A stretch of DNA of 64,000 bases from Bacillota bacterium (GTDB taxonomy: Bacteria > Planctomycetota > UBA8108 > UBA1146): contig QNYK01000010.1 of assembly GCA_003973385.1 (NCBI GenBank), positions 4,519 to 68,518 of the forward strand, read 5' to 3'. Positions within the stretch are counted from its first letter, which is position 1. Each line of letters opens with the position of its first letter. The position numbers and the translations under genes were made by a program. Below, piece by piece: positions 1 through 13,452 of the stretch. The notes beneath the pieces are model-generated. The model worked only from the letters and a program-made list of their open reading frames with translations, searched no databases and was not told the DNA's origin.

Positions 1-2040
<2,040 letters not shown>

Positions 2041-2215
2041 AATCAATCACGCCCTGCACCGGGGAAGCCGGCACATGGCACAATCGAACGGCGCGCACGG
2101 GTCTCCTGTGATCCGGAGATTGTTTATGCGCTCTCGAGTTGAATCGAATTGCAGAGCATGTCGCTCACATTAATTATTGACCAACCACCGAATTTTCAAA
2201 GAACAGACCTCAAAA

Positions 2216-2288
2216 TGGAGATGAGGGGGATCGAACCCCTAACCTCTGCCTTGCAAAGGCAGCGCTCTCCCGATTGAGCTACATCCCC
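2216..2288 (-). tRNA. tRNA-Ala (anticodon TGC) in the 16S-23S spacer
   Basis: The reverse complement reads GGGGATGTAGCTCAATCGGGAGAGCGCTGCCTTTGCAAGGCAGAGGTTAGGGGTTCGATCCCCCTCATCTCCA, the canonical tRNA-Ala(UGC) including the G3:U70 pair. Confidence 0.9.
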
Positions 2289-2358
2289 TATTTCAGGTCA
2301 CCATCACGACATGAACAGAACTGCCAGGCAGTCCAGATTCACGAGAGGGTCGAGCGAA

Positions 2359-2433
2359 TGGGCTTAGGTGGACTCGAACCACCGACCTCATCCTTATCAG
2401 GGATGCGCTCTAACCAGCTGAGCTATAAGCCCC
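2359..2433 (-). tRNA. tRNA-Ile (anticodon GAT) in the 16S-23S spacer
   Basis: The reverse complement reads GGGCTTATAGCTCAGCTGGTTAGAGCGCATCCCTGATAAGGATGAGGTCGGTGGTTCGAGTCCACCTAAGCCCA. Confidence 0.9.
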
Positions 2434-2564
2434 TGGAATCACGCACGACAGATGTCCTGAATGGACCCGTGAATGGTAACCGGATCTAAAGATGGGCCCG
2501 CAACTGAAAGAAAGTCCCCAAGCGTTCCACTGGATGGTCACCCATCACAGCGGTCCAAGTTATC

Positions 2565-4100
<1,536 letters not shown>

Positions 4101-4546
4101 CCTTCAGTTTTATTCTGGCATACCGACAGTTCATCCAGTGAACCCGCACAAAGGCGAGAACAAGGGACACCCAGCCGGCGTGTCGCGTCACTAGTTAATT
4201 ACACTATTGTCAATTCACTGAACTCGCGTTCAGGTCAGTTGCACACCACACCCGGGGAGGCATGGCATGCGACCTTCTTCGCGTCACGGGCCCGAAATTT
4301 CAAAGAGCAATCTCGTAGTTCGTTACGGGACGAAAGTCCTCAGGCGACCCATCAAACAACACAAATCCATGCGCCGGTCGAGAAGCTCTCGCTCCGGTCT
4401 GGTCTGGAGTTGCCTGGGAGTGTCCCGAAGGGCGAACCACGAGCAGACCGGGATCCTACATATCGGATCGGTAACATCAACAGCGAATTGTCATTTTCTA
4501 TCAAATACAACCCCGCTGCAATTGGGGAGTTGGATCAATTGAAGGC

Positions 4547-5440
4547 TCAGCCGGAGGTGGGCGCTGAGGCGGCGTTCTGATCCGGGGCGGCGGCCTTCCG
4601 ATTCGGGGCCGAGAGCCATAACCAGGCCCCCAGTAGCAGTGCCGGGATAGAGGCTATCTGGGCCACCGTCCATTCTCCCGGGGCCGTGCCGTGATCGGAC
4701 CGAATCGTCTCGATGAGGGCTCTTCCGACGGCATACAGGCACAGAAAGACGCTGAAGGTACGCCCCGGCCGCGCCGCCAGCCTCGATCCAGCGTGCCACA
4801 GCAAGATGGCGAGGGCCGCCCCCATCAGAGAGGAATAGATCTGTGTCGGATGCAGTGTCGGACTCGGCAGACTGCCATCGCCGTGGTCGAGGGAAGGGGG
4901 GCTGCCAGGGGGGAAAATAGCCCCCACCGGCCAGTCCTCGGGGCAAACAGCACCCCAGCAACAGCCGTTGAGAAAACAACCGAGTCGCCCGAAGGCGATG
5001 CCGATCGCCAGCGCCGGCGCGATCAGGTCAAGCAGGTCGCGCCAGGGTCCGTAGTTTCGCCACCTCTGCATCAGGGCGAAGCCGAGCAGTCCTCCGCCGA
5101 TGGCTCCATAGAGAACCAGCCCACCTCGCCACAGACGAAACGTCTCGAACCAATCGCCACTGGCGTAGACCTGCTCGCGGAACTGTATCAGGTACCAGGC
5201 TCTTCCCCCGATGATTCCGAACAAGACCAGCACCACGGTCAGATCGGAAAGGGAATCGGGGTTCAGATCTCGGCGCCTGGCTCCGCGACGAAGAATCCAC
5301 AGGCCGGACAGGACTCCGAGCAGCACCATCGCTCCGTATCCAAATACGGGGAAGTCACCAAAGGGGGTCGGGATGCGAAACAGTTCTCGAAGCAGGTGCT
5401 CCTCCTTTCCCCCCTGCCTAACCGAGCGACACGGCACCAT
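4547..5440 (-). CDS. lgt: Prolipoprotein diacylglyceryl transferase
   Basis: Lgt signature motifs FGRLGCFLNGCCWG and HPTQIYS are present, with a multi-TM profile. The ATG at 5440 is preceded by GGAAAGGAGGAG. The long N-terminal extension of the 509-aa track ORF is GC-frame read-through and not protein-like. Confidence 0.8.
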   Translation of the reverse strand: MVPCRSVRQGGKEEHLLRELFRIPTPFGDFPVFGYGAMVLLGVLSGLWILRRGARRRDLNPDSLSDLTVVLVLFGIIGGRAWYLIQFREQVYASGDWFETFRLWRGGLVLYGAIGGGLLGFALMQRWRNYGPWRDLLDLIAPALAIGIAFGRLGCFLNGCCWGAVCPEDWPVGAIFPPGSPPSLDHGDGSLPSPTLHPTQIYSSLMGAALAILLWHAGSRLAARPGRTFSVFLCLYAVGRALIETIRSDHGTAPGEWTVAQIASIPALLLGAWLWLSAPNRKAAAPDQNAASAPTSG

Positions 5441-5594
5441 CAAGAGCGAGTTCTGCAGGATGGTCCCCATCCGATGGAACGCACAGGGACTGACCGACTC
5501 GATCGGCACACGCCGGAGAAGAGTCGTGCTGGATCTTCCATGCCAACGACCACGGACTTCCGTTACCCTGTCATCTGAGAGGAGACGGTCGTAG

Positions 5595-6767
5595 ATGTTC
5601 AGCGACTCCAGTACACCGCGACGCCGGATCGCCATCCTCGGCAGCACAGGCTCGATAGGCAGCCAGGCTCTCGAGGTCATTGCAGAGTCAGGGGGCGTCC
5701 TTGTCCCGGTGCTTCTGACTTCCGGGCGCAGAGTGGCTCCGATACTCGAACTGGCGAAGGAGTTCCGACCTGAACGTCTGGTCGTGATCGATCCCGATGA
5801 AACACACCTTCTCGAAGGCGCCGGAACCGCTGAGATCAGTGTCATGGCAGGGGAACTTGCACAACTGGAATCGATCGCCGAGATGGACCTCGACCTGGTC
5901 CTCAACGGAATCACCGGCGCTGCGGGACTGCGCGCCAGCCTCGCCACCCTCGAAGCTGGAATCGATCTTGCACTGGCCAACAAGGAATCGCTGGTCACGG
6001 CCGGTGTACTGCTCCGGAGCGCGGCGAAGAAGTCCGGCGCTCGTATCATCCCTGTGGATTCGGAACATGGTGCCATCAGTCAGTGCATCACGGGTTCGAA
6101 TAGAGATTCGATCCATCGCATCATCCTGACCGCTTCAGGCGGGCCCTTTCGAGGAATGACCCGTGACCAGCTCGCGACTGTCACACCAGCGGAGGCACTG
6201 CAACATCCTACCTGGAAGATGGGGCCACGGATCAGCATCGACAGTGCCACCCTGTTCAACAAACTGCTCGAAGTCGTGGAAGCTCAGGAGTTGTTCGGGA
6301 TGCCTCGAGGGGGCATCGAAGTCGTGATCCATCCTCAGTCGATTGTCCACGCCATCGTCGAATTCCAGGATGGGAGTAGCATCGCACATCTTGGCGAGCC
6401 TGACATGAAGGTGCCGATCCGCGATGCCCTGCACCGGGGGCAGCGAGCGCCAGGGAGATTCCAGCCTCTCGATCTGATCGGCCACGGGACGTTGAGTTTC
6501 GAGGCGATCGATGGGGCTACATTTCCGGCACTGGAGATCGGCAAGGTGGTCCTGGACAACCCGGGAACCACCCTGGGGGCAGTTCTCAACGCCGCGGACG
6601 AGGAAGCGGTCGCAGCATTCCTATCGGGTAGTGTAGGATTCCTGCAGATCTACGAACTCGTGGAGAGGGCGCTCGGAGAGCACCAGCCACACCGGGTAGA
6701 AAATCTCGAACAAGTCATCGAAGCGGACCACGTCACCCGCGAACAGGTCAGGAGCTGGAACCCTTGA
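5595..6767 (+). CDS. dxr: 1-deoxy-D-xylulose 5-phosphate reductoisomerase
   Basis: N-terminal RIAILGSTGSIGSQAL is the Dxr NADPH-binding motif, and the length is the usual ~390 aa. It is divergent from lgt. Confidence 0.85.
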   Translation: MFSDSSTPRRRIAILGSTGSIGSQALEVIAESGGVLVPVLLTSGRRVAPILELAKEFRPERLVVIDPDETHLLEGAGTAEISVMAGELAQLESIAEMDLDLVLNGITGAAGLRASLATLEAGIDLALANKESLVTAGVLLRSAAKKSGARIIPVDSEHGAISQCITGSNRDSIHRIILTASGGPFRGMTRDQLATVTPAEALQHPTWKMGPRISIDSATLFNKLLEVVEAQELFGMPRGGIEVVIHPQSIVHAIVEFQDGSSIAHLGEPDMKVPIRDALHRGQRAPGRFQPLDLIGHGTLSFEAIDGATFPALEIGKVVLDNPGTTLGAVLNAADEEAVAAFLSGSVGFLQIYELVERALGEHQPHRVENLEQVIEADHVTREQVRSWNP

Positions 6768-8857
6768 ATCTCTTGCTGGCCATCCTAGGCATCGGCTTTC
6801 TCATCTTTGTCCATGAACTGGGGCACTTTCTTGCCGCCAAGTTCGTGGGAGTCCGTGTCGATACTTTCGCCGTTGGATTTCAACCGACCATCTTTGGTTG
6901 GAAGGCCCGGTTGCTCGCCTTCAAGTATGGCGAAACAGAATATGTCATCGGCCTGGTGCCACTCGGTGGCTATGTCAAGATGGCTGGCGAAGAACCTGGC
7001 GGGGAGCGAACGGACTCCGACGACGAGTTCCATAAAAAGCCGATTCCCGGTCGACTGCTGATCCTTGTCGCCGGAGCGACCATGAACCTGATCTTCGGCT
7101 TCTTGCTCTTCATCCTCGCATTCACAGTGGGAGTCAAACAGCAAGCTCCAGTGGTCGGATCTGCAACTGCGCAGGGTCCAGCATGGACTGCAGGCGTCCA
7201 ATCCGGAGACCTGATCAAGAAGGTCAATGGTGAAGCCTGGAACGACTATTCCAATGTCGCCACCGCCATTGCTCTTTCGGGTGGGTCGAAGCCGGTCACC
7301 TTGACCATCAAACGCGACGAATACATTCGCCAGTTTTCCATCGACCCGAGCTGGGATTCAGATGCGGGCCGTTATCGCATCGGTATCGTCCCTGCCATCT
7401 CGGACCTGATCGTATCCGTCGCTCCTGACAGCCTCGCAGAAGGAGTCGGATTGCAAGCCGGGGATCGGTTACGGGGCGCTCGCCTTTCGATACCAGAATT
7501 GAATGTCACCGCTTCCATCGCTTCAGGACTTTCCCCTGATCGAACCCTCTACAGTCTCTGGACCCTCAGAAACGCCACTGTCAGCGGCAAGCTGAGCCTG
7601 GATATTCTCAGAGGGGATGAATCGCTGGTGGCCACCATCGACCTCACCCCACCTGCAACCACCGATGAGTCTGTTTCACCACAATCCAGTCGAGGAATAG
7701 GGGTGCTACCCCGATCTCGAACGGTGATGGCGATCCAGCCAGGATCCGCAGCCGCGGATCTGTTCCGGGTCGGCGAAGAGATCGTCTCGATACGAAATCT
7801 GGAGACCCAGGAGACCCAGTCGGTCGAGATCTTCGATCTCCTCACCATCGGAATGGTTGCCGGCGACTCGGATGCTGAACTGTTGCTGACCTCTCGCGAT
7901 ATGAAAAACACAGCCAGGGTGAATGCCGAACAACTTCGTAGATGGCTCGACGAAGAACTGCTGATCGGCTCCGGGACACGCACAGTGGTACAGGTCGGAG
8001 ATGAGGCTCGCCAACTTGGCATCGATGTCGGTGCAGAGATACTCGCCATCGGTGGCCAACCCGTCGGTGCCGGAGATTATATCGACGAGGAATTCACCGA
8101 GGGAACAGAGATCCGCTGGATCGATGCAGCCAATAATCCCGCCGTTCATGAGAGCGCTCTTTTCAGGAAGAACTCTCCCCCTCTCGGACTTGTACTGGGG
8201 ACCCCTGCTCGAATCGGTCGAGTTTTGTTCGGATCTCCTGCGCAGGAAGCAGGTCTCACGGGCGGTTGCACCATCGATGATGTCAACGGCATCCGAATCG
8301 ATCACTGGAGTGACCTGGTCGGCGCCATAGACTCTGACGACAAGTCTTCGGAAATCACCTTCACCGATCCATCCGGTCAGCAGCGTCAGATGAGCTTGAC
8401 CGCAAGGACATTGATGGAACCGCTGGGCATCATGATGTCAGCACTTCAATTCACGGAGAAGCACGCCATTACCGAGGCAGTGGTTCAGGGCGCTCGCCAA
8501 TCATGGATCTGGGGCGGTCGAATCTTCCTCACCCTCAAGGCACTCTTCTCAGGTGATGTTCATAGCAAGAACCTCAATGGGCCCGTCGGCATCGTAGACC
8601 TGGGTCGAAAGGTCTCGGAGGTGGGTCTCGGTAACCTGTTTTTCCTGCTCGCCCTGATCAGTATCAATCTGGGCGTCTTCAATCTGCTGCCCTTTCCGAT
8701 CCTCGATGGTGGGCACATTTTCTTCCTCACCATCGAAGGGATCCGGGGTCGGCCGGTTCCGGAGCGCATCCAGCAGTCCGTCCACATGGTGGCCTTTCTG
8801 CTGCTGATTTCACTGGCCCTGTTTGTCACCTACAACGATCTGTTGCGGCTCAGGTGA
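6764..8857 (+). CDS. rseP: RseP-type site-2 zinc metalloprotease (M50), enlarged (697 aa) with an extended PDZ region
   Basis: HELGHFLAAK HExxH motif is in the first TM, with a C-terminal M50 TM core (LNLLPFPILDGGHIFF). The dxr-rseP linkage is conserved. The TTG start overlaps the dxr stop. Confidence 0.8.
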   Translation: MNLLLAILGIGFLIFVHELGHFLAAKFVGVRVDTFAVGFQPTIFGWKARLLAFKYGETEYVIGLVPLGGYVKMAGEEPGGERTDSDDEFHKKPIPGRLLILVAGATMNLIFGFLLFILAFTVGVKQQAPVVGSATAQGPAWTAGVQSGDLIKKVNGEAWNDYSNVATAIALSGGSKPVTLTIKRDEYIRQFSIDPSWDSDAGRYRIGIVPAISDLIVSVAPDSLAEGVGLQAGDRLRGARLSIPELNVTASIASGLSPDRTLYSLWTLRNATVSGKLSLDILRGDESLVATIDLTPPATTDESVSPQSSRGIGVLPRSRTVMAIQPGSAAADLFRVGEEIVSIRNLETQETQSVEIFDLLTIGMVAGDSDAELLLTSRDMKNTARVNAEQLRRWLDEELLIGSGTRTVVQVGDEARQLGIDVGAEILAIGGQPVGAGDYIDEEFTEGTEIRWIDAANNPAVHESALFRKNSPPLGLVLGTPARIGRVLFGSPAQEAGLTGGCTIDDVNGIRIDHWSDLVGAIDSDDKSSEITFTDPSGQQRQMSLTARTLMEPLGIMMSALQFTEKHAITEAVVQGARQSWIWGGRIFLTLKALFSGDVHSKNLNGPVGIVDLGRKVSEVGLGNLFFLLALISINLGVFNLLPFPILDGGHIFFLTIEGIRGRPVPERIQQSVHMVAFLLLISLALFVTYNDLLRLR

Positions 8858-9720
8858 ACCCCTGGCTGCGTTTTTTCAGGCTCCGACTCGCTCCCACTGC
8901 GCTCTCAAATGTCATCGCTGGTGCGGCACTCGGAGGGTGGCGACTGAACACCACCGAGTGGCTGATCCTGCTCGGCTGGACCCTGGCACTCTACATGGTG
9001 GGGATGGCATTCAACGATGTCGTCGATCGGGACAAGGATGCCCGCAACGCTCCGCATCGACCGCTTCCCGCGGGTGAGATTTCGGTCGCCAAGGCGCACA
9101 TTTCCCTGATCCTGCTGGCGGTCCCCGTGGTGTTGCTATTGATCGGGATGCCCACCGATGCTCGCCTGTACGCAGTCGCCGCCATCGTTTGCGTGCTTCT
9201 CTACAATCTCGCTTTCAAGGAAGTTCCGGTTCTAGGGGCTGCTGTGATGGGCACTGTTCGATTCTGTATCGTGATGGTCGGTGCCAGTTTTGCTGGCCCA
9301 GCCATGAACGCTCTTCCACTCGCGCTCGATGTCTTGTTTTTCACCACTGCGGTCACCTACTACTCGCAGGAGGAAGAGAGGGGCCGGCCAGGAGTACTCA
9401 GATTGCGCTTCTTGCTCACCTGCATCGTCGCTTTCGCTTCCTACACGATCATCGACGCCCCCTCACCGATGCCACTGGCGATGACGTTTCTGCTGCTGTG
9501 CTGGCTATTCGGAGTGGCTTCGCCCAGGCCTGGAAAACCAGCGAGCCACACCACTTTCTCGATGTTGCTGGCACTGCCCTTGCTTGATCTGCGAGCCACC
9601 ATTACCTACCCTCAGGCGATGGTCCCCGTGCTCGTTGTGCTGGCGTGGCTCTCGCTCTGTCCCTGGACCATCTTTCGATCGGGCGCTGCCGCCATGACAC
9701 CACCAAGGAGGTCTGGATGA
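8854..9720 (+). CDS. UbiA-family aromatic/polyprenyl prenyltransferase (membrane)
   Basis: NDVVDRDKDARN, the first Asp-rich NDxxDxxxD UbiA motif, is present in a ~8-TM profile. The GTG start overlaps the rseP stop and the stop overlaps the purD ATG. Confidence 0.6.
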   Translation: MNPWLRFFRLRLAPTALSNVIAGAALGGWRLNTTEWLILLGWTLALYMVGMAFNDVVDRDKDARNAPHRPLPAGEISVAKAHISLILLAVPVVLLLIGMPTDARLYAVAAIVCVLLYNLAFKEVPVLGAAVMGTVRFCIVMVGASFAGPAMNALPLALDVLFFTTAVTYYSQEEERGRPGVLRLRFLLTCIVAFASYTIIDAPSPMPLAMTFLLLCWLFGVASPRPGKPASHTTFSMLLALPLLDLRATITYPQAMVPVLVVLAWLSLCPWTIFRSGAAAMTPPRRSG

Positions 9721-11024
9721 AGATCGTGGTCATCGGTTCCGGAGGTCGTGAACACGCCATCTGTCTTCAACTCGCCCGCTCTGCCAGAGTGCAACAGGTC
9801 ATCTGTTGCCCTGGAAATCCTGGAACGGCACCTCTGGGTCCACGCTGGCAGGACATCGATCCGATCCGTGAACCCGCTGGCTTCATCCAGCGCTGCATCG
9901 ATGCACGGATCGACCATGTCGTCGTCGGGCCGGAAGCACCGCTGGTGGCAGGTGTCGCCGATCGCATCCGGGAAGCGGGCATCCCATGCTTCGGACCCGG
10001 AGCTGCAGCGGCCCAGCTCGAGGGCTCGAAGGCTCACTCGAAGGACTTCATGCACAGGCATCAGATCCCGACCAGTGCCTATCGAACGATCGATGGCGTC
10101 GAAGACCTCGATGCTGCCCTCGACGCACTGCCACAGCAGGTGGTCGTCAAGGCCAGTGGTCTCGCTGCAGGTAAAGGTGTCATCGTCTGCGACGATCGCT
10201 CCCAGGCGCACCGAGCCGCCAGTGAAATGCTGTCCGGGGCTGCCTTCGGTGATAGTGGCAAGACGGTGGTGATCGAGCAGCGCATCTTCGGTCCCGAGGT
10301 CTCCGTCCTGATCGTGGTGAAAGGTACCGACTACCTGTTGCTTCCTACAGCACAGGACCACAAGCCATTGCTCGATGGCAACCATGGGCCCAACACGGGA
10401 GGCATGGGAGCATTTTGCCCGGGCACCATCGTCGGACCGGGCGAATTGAAGGAAATCCAGACCCAGATCATCGAACCCACACTCGAAGGTCTTGTCGCCG
10501 ATGGCGTCGAGTACTCCGGAATCCTGTATGTCGGCCTGATGATGACAGATTCCGGTCCCAGGGTACTGGAATACAACTGCCGTCTGGGCGACCCGGAAAC
10601 GCAGCCGGTCCTGATGCGAATGAAGAGCGATTTCGTGGAGATTCTCGAAGCCACGGCGGGAGACGGTCCCTCCGCTGTTTCAGTCGAATGGGATTCTCGC
10701 ACTGCTTTGTGCCTGGTGCTGGCTTCCGACGGTTACCCGACGTCTCCGGCCAAGGGCCAGGTCATCGAAGGCGAGATCTACAGTTCCGTCGATGACGACA
10801 TCCAGGTATTCCATGCTGGAACCGCGGATGGAGATGCAGGAAGTTGTCTCGTGTCGGGAGGACGGGTCCTCGGAGTCACTGCACTGGCGGATTCCCTGGA
10901 AGAAGCGAGGAAGCAGGCCTACGAAAGAGCATCCAGGATCCAGTTCGATGGAAAATTCTGTCGAGGAGATATTGGAACCTATCAAGAGATTCACGACAAA
11001 AGCGAGACGCTGGAGCAACAGTAG
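9717..11024 (+). CDS. purD: Phosphoribosylamine--glycine ligase
   Basis: MKIVVIGSGGREHAICLQLA is the classic PurD N-terminus and ATP-grasp body. The ATG at 9717 forms an ATGA overlap with the ubiA-like stop. The 24 upstream residues of the track ORF were discarded. Confidence 0.85.
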   Translation: MKIVVIGSGGREHAICLQLARSARVQQVICCPGNPGTAPLGPRWQDIDPIREPAGFIQRCIDARIDHVVVGPEAPLVAGVADRIREAGIPCFGPGAAAAQLEGSKAHSKDFMHRHQIPTSAYRTIDGVEDLDAALDALPQQVVVKASGLAAGKGVIVCDDRSQAHRAASEMLSGAAFGDSGKTVVIEQRIFGPEVSVLIVVKGTDYLLLPTAQDHKPLLDGNHGPNTGGMGAFCPGTIVGPGELKEIQTQIIEPTLEGLVADGVEYSGILYVGLMMTDSGPRVLEYNCRLGDPETQPVLMRMKSDFVEILEATAGDGPSAVSVEWDSRTALCLVLASDGYPTSPAKGQVIEGEIYSSVDDDIQVFHAGTADGDAGSCLVSGGRVLGVTALADSLEEARKQAYERASRIQFDGKFCRGDIGTYQEIHDKSETLEQQ

Positions 11025-11135
11025 CCTGCTGGCATCGACTCGAGAGCGTCAATTATCCGCGTCTCTCTGGTGCTTGAGAGATCCCCCCACCGTGCCATCC
11101 AGCCAGCTCACGCGGAATTCTTGCTGCTCGGCTGG

Positions 11136-11474
11136 TCAATCCTGGCCGATCGAGGAGGATTCTCCGGCTCCCAGATCCGAGGATATTTCAGTGTCTTCAT
11201 CGGCATCAAAGGTCCTGCGAAGAAACTGCCGCACCGGGCGAAAGACCGCCCCCAGCATCGCATAACGGTGCCCGGAATCCAGTCCGGCATCGATACGCGG
11301 GACCAGCCCCAGGGAATCATCGTGGCCAGTTTTTTCCCCGAACACGGGAGTCAGCAACAGCCCATCCTGATCCTCCGCCTGCGGTCTCTGAACCTGCACC
11401 AGAACAGACCGGTTCGCGACGATGCGAGCACGCGCCTGATCACCGGTAGAGGCCTCGGAACCGAAATCAGTCAT
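11136..11474 (-). CDS. Small acidic hypothetical protein (112 aa), last gene of the GspK-like operon
   Basis: The ATG forms an ATGA overlap with the stop of the upstream 316-aa gene. It has no signal peptide and is acidic. It competes with a 144-aa plus-strand ORF, which I judge less likely because it lacks coupling. Confidence 0.4.
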   Translation of the reverse strand: MTDFGSEASTGDQARARIVANRSVLVQVQRPQAEDQDGLLLTPVFGEKTGHDDSLGLVPRIDAGLDSGHRYAMLGAVFRPVRQFLRRTFDADEDTEISSDLGAGESSSIGQD

Positions 11475-12421
11475 GTGGATAATTTCGACATTTCAATCTT
11501 CTGACTCTCGCACAATCGTTCCACGGTTTTCTGGAGATTGGTGAGCCTGGTAGACCGGCAATTGATGTCGATCTTGGCTGGACTCAGATCATCAGGATCT
11601 GGACTCAGACCCAGTTCTCCGTAGAGGCTTCTCGACCTGTCAAACGACCGCTTTGCCACTGCATTGATGATCTCTACCAGGTACTTCATGTCGCGCGAGT
11701 GAGGCAACATGGTCAGCGTTTTTCTGGCTTCCTTGATCTCGCCCTGCAACTTCCTGATCGGATCTCTCACATCTTTCTTACAGAAGGCTTGCCAGCTCTT
11801 CGGATCGAACTTGCCGCCCTTCTGAAACCGGGCCCCATCGATGGACGCAGTGCGACCATCCTCGAATGCCCGCTGATGTTTCAAACTATCGCGGATCTTC
11901 GCCAGAAAAAACTCCTGCGCCTCTCCACGCACACGCTCGATGTCCTTGGCACTACCGAGGTCAAACTTGTTCTTCCAGAAGGATTGCTTCCAGGGAGCGG
12001 TGTCGACCGGGTACTTGGCCGGGTCCTTCTCCATGGCAATTTGAACCTCGCGCGGCTGGCTTCGGGGCCTGATCTCGGATCGTAATTGCAGACCAGAAAT
12101 CGATCCGTGCAACCCTTTCAACTCCACGACCTGGTCGATACGACGGGTGCCATCGAGTTCAACATTGAAGGAATAGACGATGTTGGTCCGCCAACGAATC
12201 TCGAATCCGATGATGGTCTTTGCCGGAAGGTCTGGAGCTTTTCCGACCAATCGCATGTGCCAGTCATCCTTCTTCTTTGTCGTCTGTATCGAGGTCAACT
12301 CGACAAATGTAGGTGGCGGCTTGGGTGGGCCAGAATCGTCCTGAGCTGGCAGCGGAGCTGCGCACAGGAGGACACTCAGCAGCGATGAGATCATCAGATG
12401 TGGCGATACTAGGACCTTCAT
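11471..12421 (-). CDS. Secreted hypothetical protein, paralog 2 (316 aa, signal peptide)
   Basis: N-terminal signal peptide MKVLVSPHLMISSLLSVLLCAAPLPAQD. It is clearly paralogous to the 344-aa upstream ORF (TFVELTSIQTTKKKD...IRWRTNIVYSFNVEL vs LVEFTAIEATKDEKT...LTWRSQLIQTFTMTV). It has a 4-nt overlap with its neighbour. Confidence 0.65.
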   Translation of the reverse strand: MKVLVSPHLMISSLLSVLLCAAPLPAQDDSGPPKPPPTFVELTSIQTTKKKDDWHMRLVGKAPDLPAKTIIGFEIRWRTNIVYSFNVELDGTRRIDQVVELKGLHGSISGLQLRSEIRPRSQPREVQIAMEKDPAKYPVDTAPWKQSFWKNKFDLGSAKDIERVRGEAQEFFLAKIRDSLKHQRAFEDGRTASIDGARFQKGGKFDPKSWQAFCKKDVRDPIRKLQGEIKEARKTLTMLPHSRDMKYLVEIINAVAKRSFDRSRSLYGELGLSPDPDDLSPAKIDINCRSTRLTNLQKTVERLCESQKIEMSKLST

Positions 12422-13452
12422 CCCTGGTTCTCCTCATTCTCGGGTGCAATCCCGATCAACTTGTTGATTTTCACGACGAGGTCGTTGAGGTCTGTACTTC
12501 GCGGGACTCGGCGACCGGAACGAACCTTGATCTCGAGTTTTTCAGGTTTCACATCCCTGGCAGAAGCGGGCAGACCCTGCGAGATATAGAGTTTCTTCGA
12601 TTCGTTGGTAGTCCTCTTGCCCACTGCGACCGACAACTCGAGCAAGTAGGAGAGCGCCAATCTGTGAGCGACAAATCGGGGCTCGTTGAAACCCTTTCGA
12701 ATCTCCTCCTGATAGGTCACGAGTCTCTTGATGACCTTCTTATCCATGAATTCGCGCCACTTCTTCTCGTCGAACTCACCCTTGGAGTTGACGTATTCGG
12801 TCGCCAACTCGACCGCCTTGACACCTTTTCGGACCGTGCCGTCGATCGTGGCCATCTCCGTATACCTGCTTGTGAACCACTCTCTGGTGGTATTGAGCGA
12901 CGCCTCGATCTCTTCCTTGGTCCCGAGTAAGAACTGGTGATTGAAGTGGAATTCGGTCCATGGTGCGGCGACTGCAGGAAACAGTTCTTTTTCCTTCTCG
13001 ATGGCAGTCATCACCTTTTTTGTCTGCTTCTTGGGATCGATCACGGTTCGGAACATGTACTTGTCCGCAGTCGGTTCAAGAGGTTTCACGGCAAGCTGTT
13101 CGCGAAATCGTTTGTTGCCAGGCACTGTCATGGTGAAGGTCTGGATCAACTGACTGCGCCAGGTCAAAAGCAGGTCAATTTTCGTACCTGCCGGGATCTG
13201 TGGGGTCTTCCCCAGAACGATCAGCGTATAGCGGCCCGTCTTCTCATCCTTGGTCGCTTCGATAGCTGTGAACTCGACCAGTCGCAGATCTGTTCCCCCC
13301 GGCCCCCTGCCTTCGCCTTGTGCGAGAATCACGGCTGGCAGCCACGAGAACATCACACCCAGTATCAAACCGATCCACAGGGAACTCCTGAGAACCGGTC
13401 CCGGAATGAAGTTCTCGCTCGGAGTCATCGCAGATCTCCCTGCAGGGTTCAT
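12418..13452 (-). CDS. Secreted hypothetical protein, paralog 1 (344 aa, signal peptide)
   Basis: Signal peptide/TM LWIGLILGVMFSWLPAVILAQGEG. It is a paralog of the 11471..12421 product. A TGATG overlap links it to the upstream giant gene. Confidence 0.65.
   Translation of the reverse strand: MNPAGRSAMTPSENFIPGPVLRSSLWIGLILGVMFSWLPAVILAQGEGRGPGGTDLRLVEFTAIEATKDEKTGRYTLIVLGKTPQIPAGTKIDLLLTWRSQLIQTFTMTVPGNKRFREQLAVKPLEPTADKYMFRTVIDPKKQTKKVMTAIEKEKELFPAVAAPWTEFHFNHQFLLGTKEEIEASLNTTREWFTSRYTEMATIDGTVRKGVKAVELATEYVNSKGEFDEKKWREFMDKKVIKRLVTYQEEIRKGFNEPRFVAHRLALSYLLELSVAVGKRTTNESKKLYISQGLPASARDVKPEKLEIKVRSGRRVPRSTDLNDLVVKINKLIGIAPENEENQG

Noticed and set aside
4180-4260. Perfect TTGACA hexamer (minus strand, 4208-4213) as an rRNA P1/P2 -35 element
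   Set aside because: No acceptable -10 hexamer sits 16-18 bp downstream (candidates TAATTA and TAACTA are mis-spaced). It was left as an unassigned AT-rich rRNA leader/promoter region.
4691-5578. 295-aa plus-strand ORF antisense to lgt
   Set aside because: The translation is low complexity and Arg/Pro/Gly-rich, typical of an antisense frame in high-GC DNA. The opposite strand carries unmistakable Lgt motifs.
11070-11504. 144-aa plus-strand ORF between purD and the GspK-like operon
   Set aside because: The competing minus-strand 112-aa ORF shows ATGA translational coupling to the upstream gene. The plus ORF has no RBS or coupling and overlaps the operon terminus. Neither is strongly supported, and the minus ORF was preferred.
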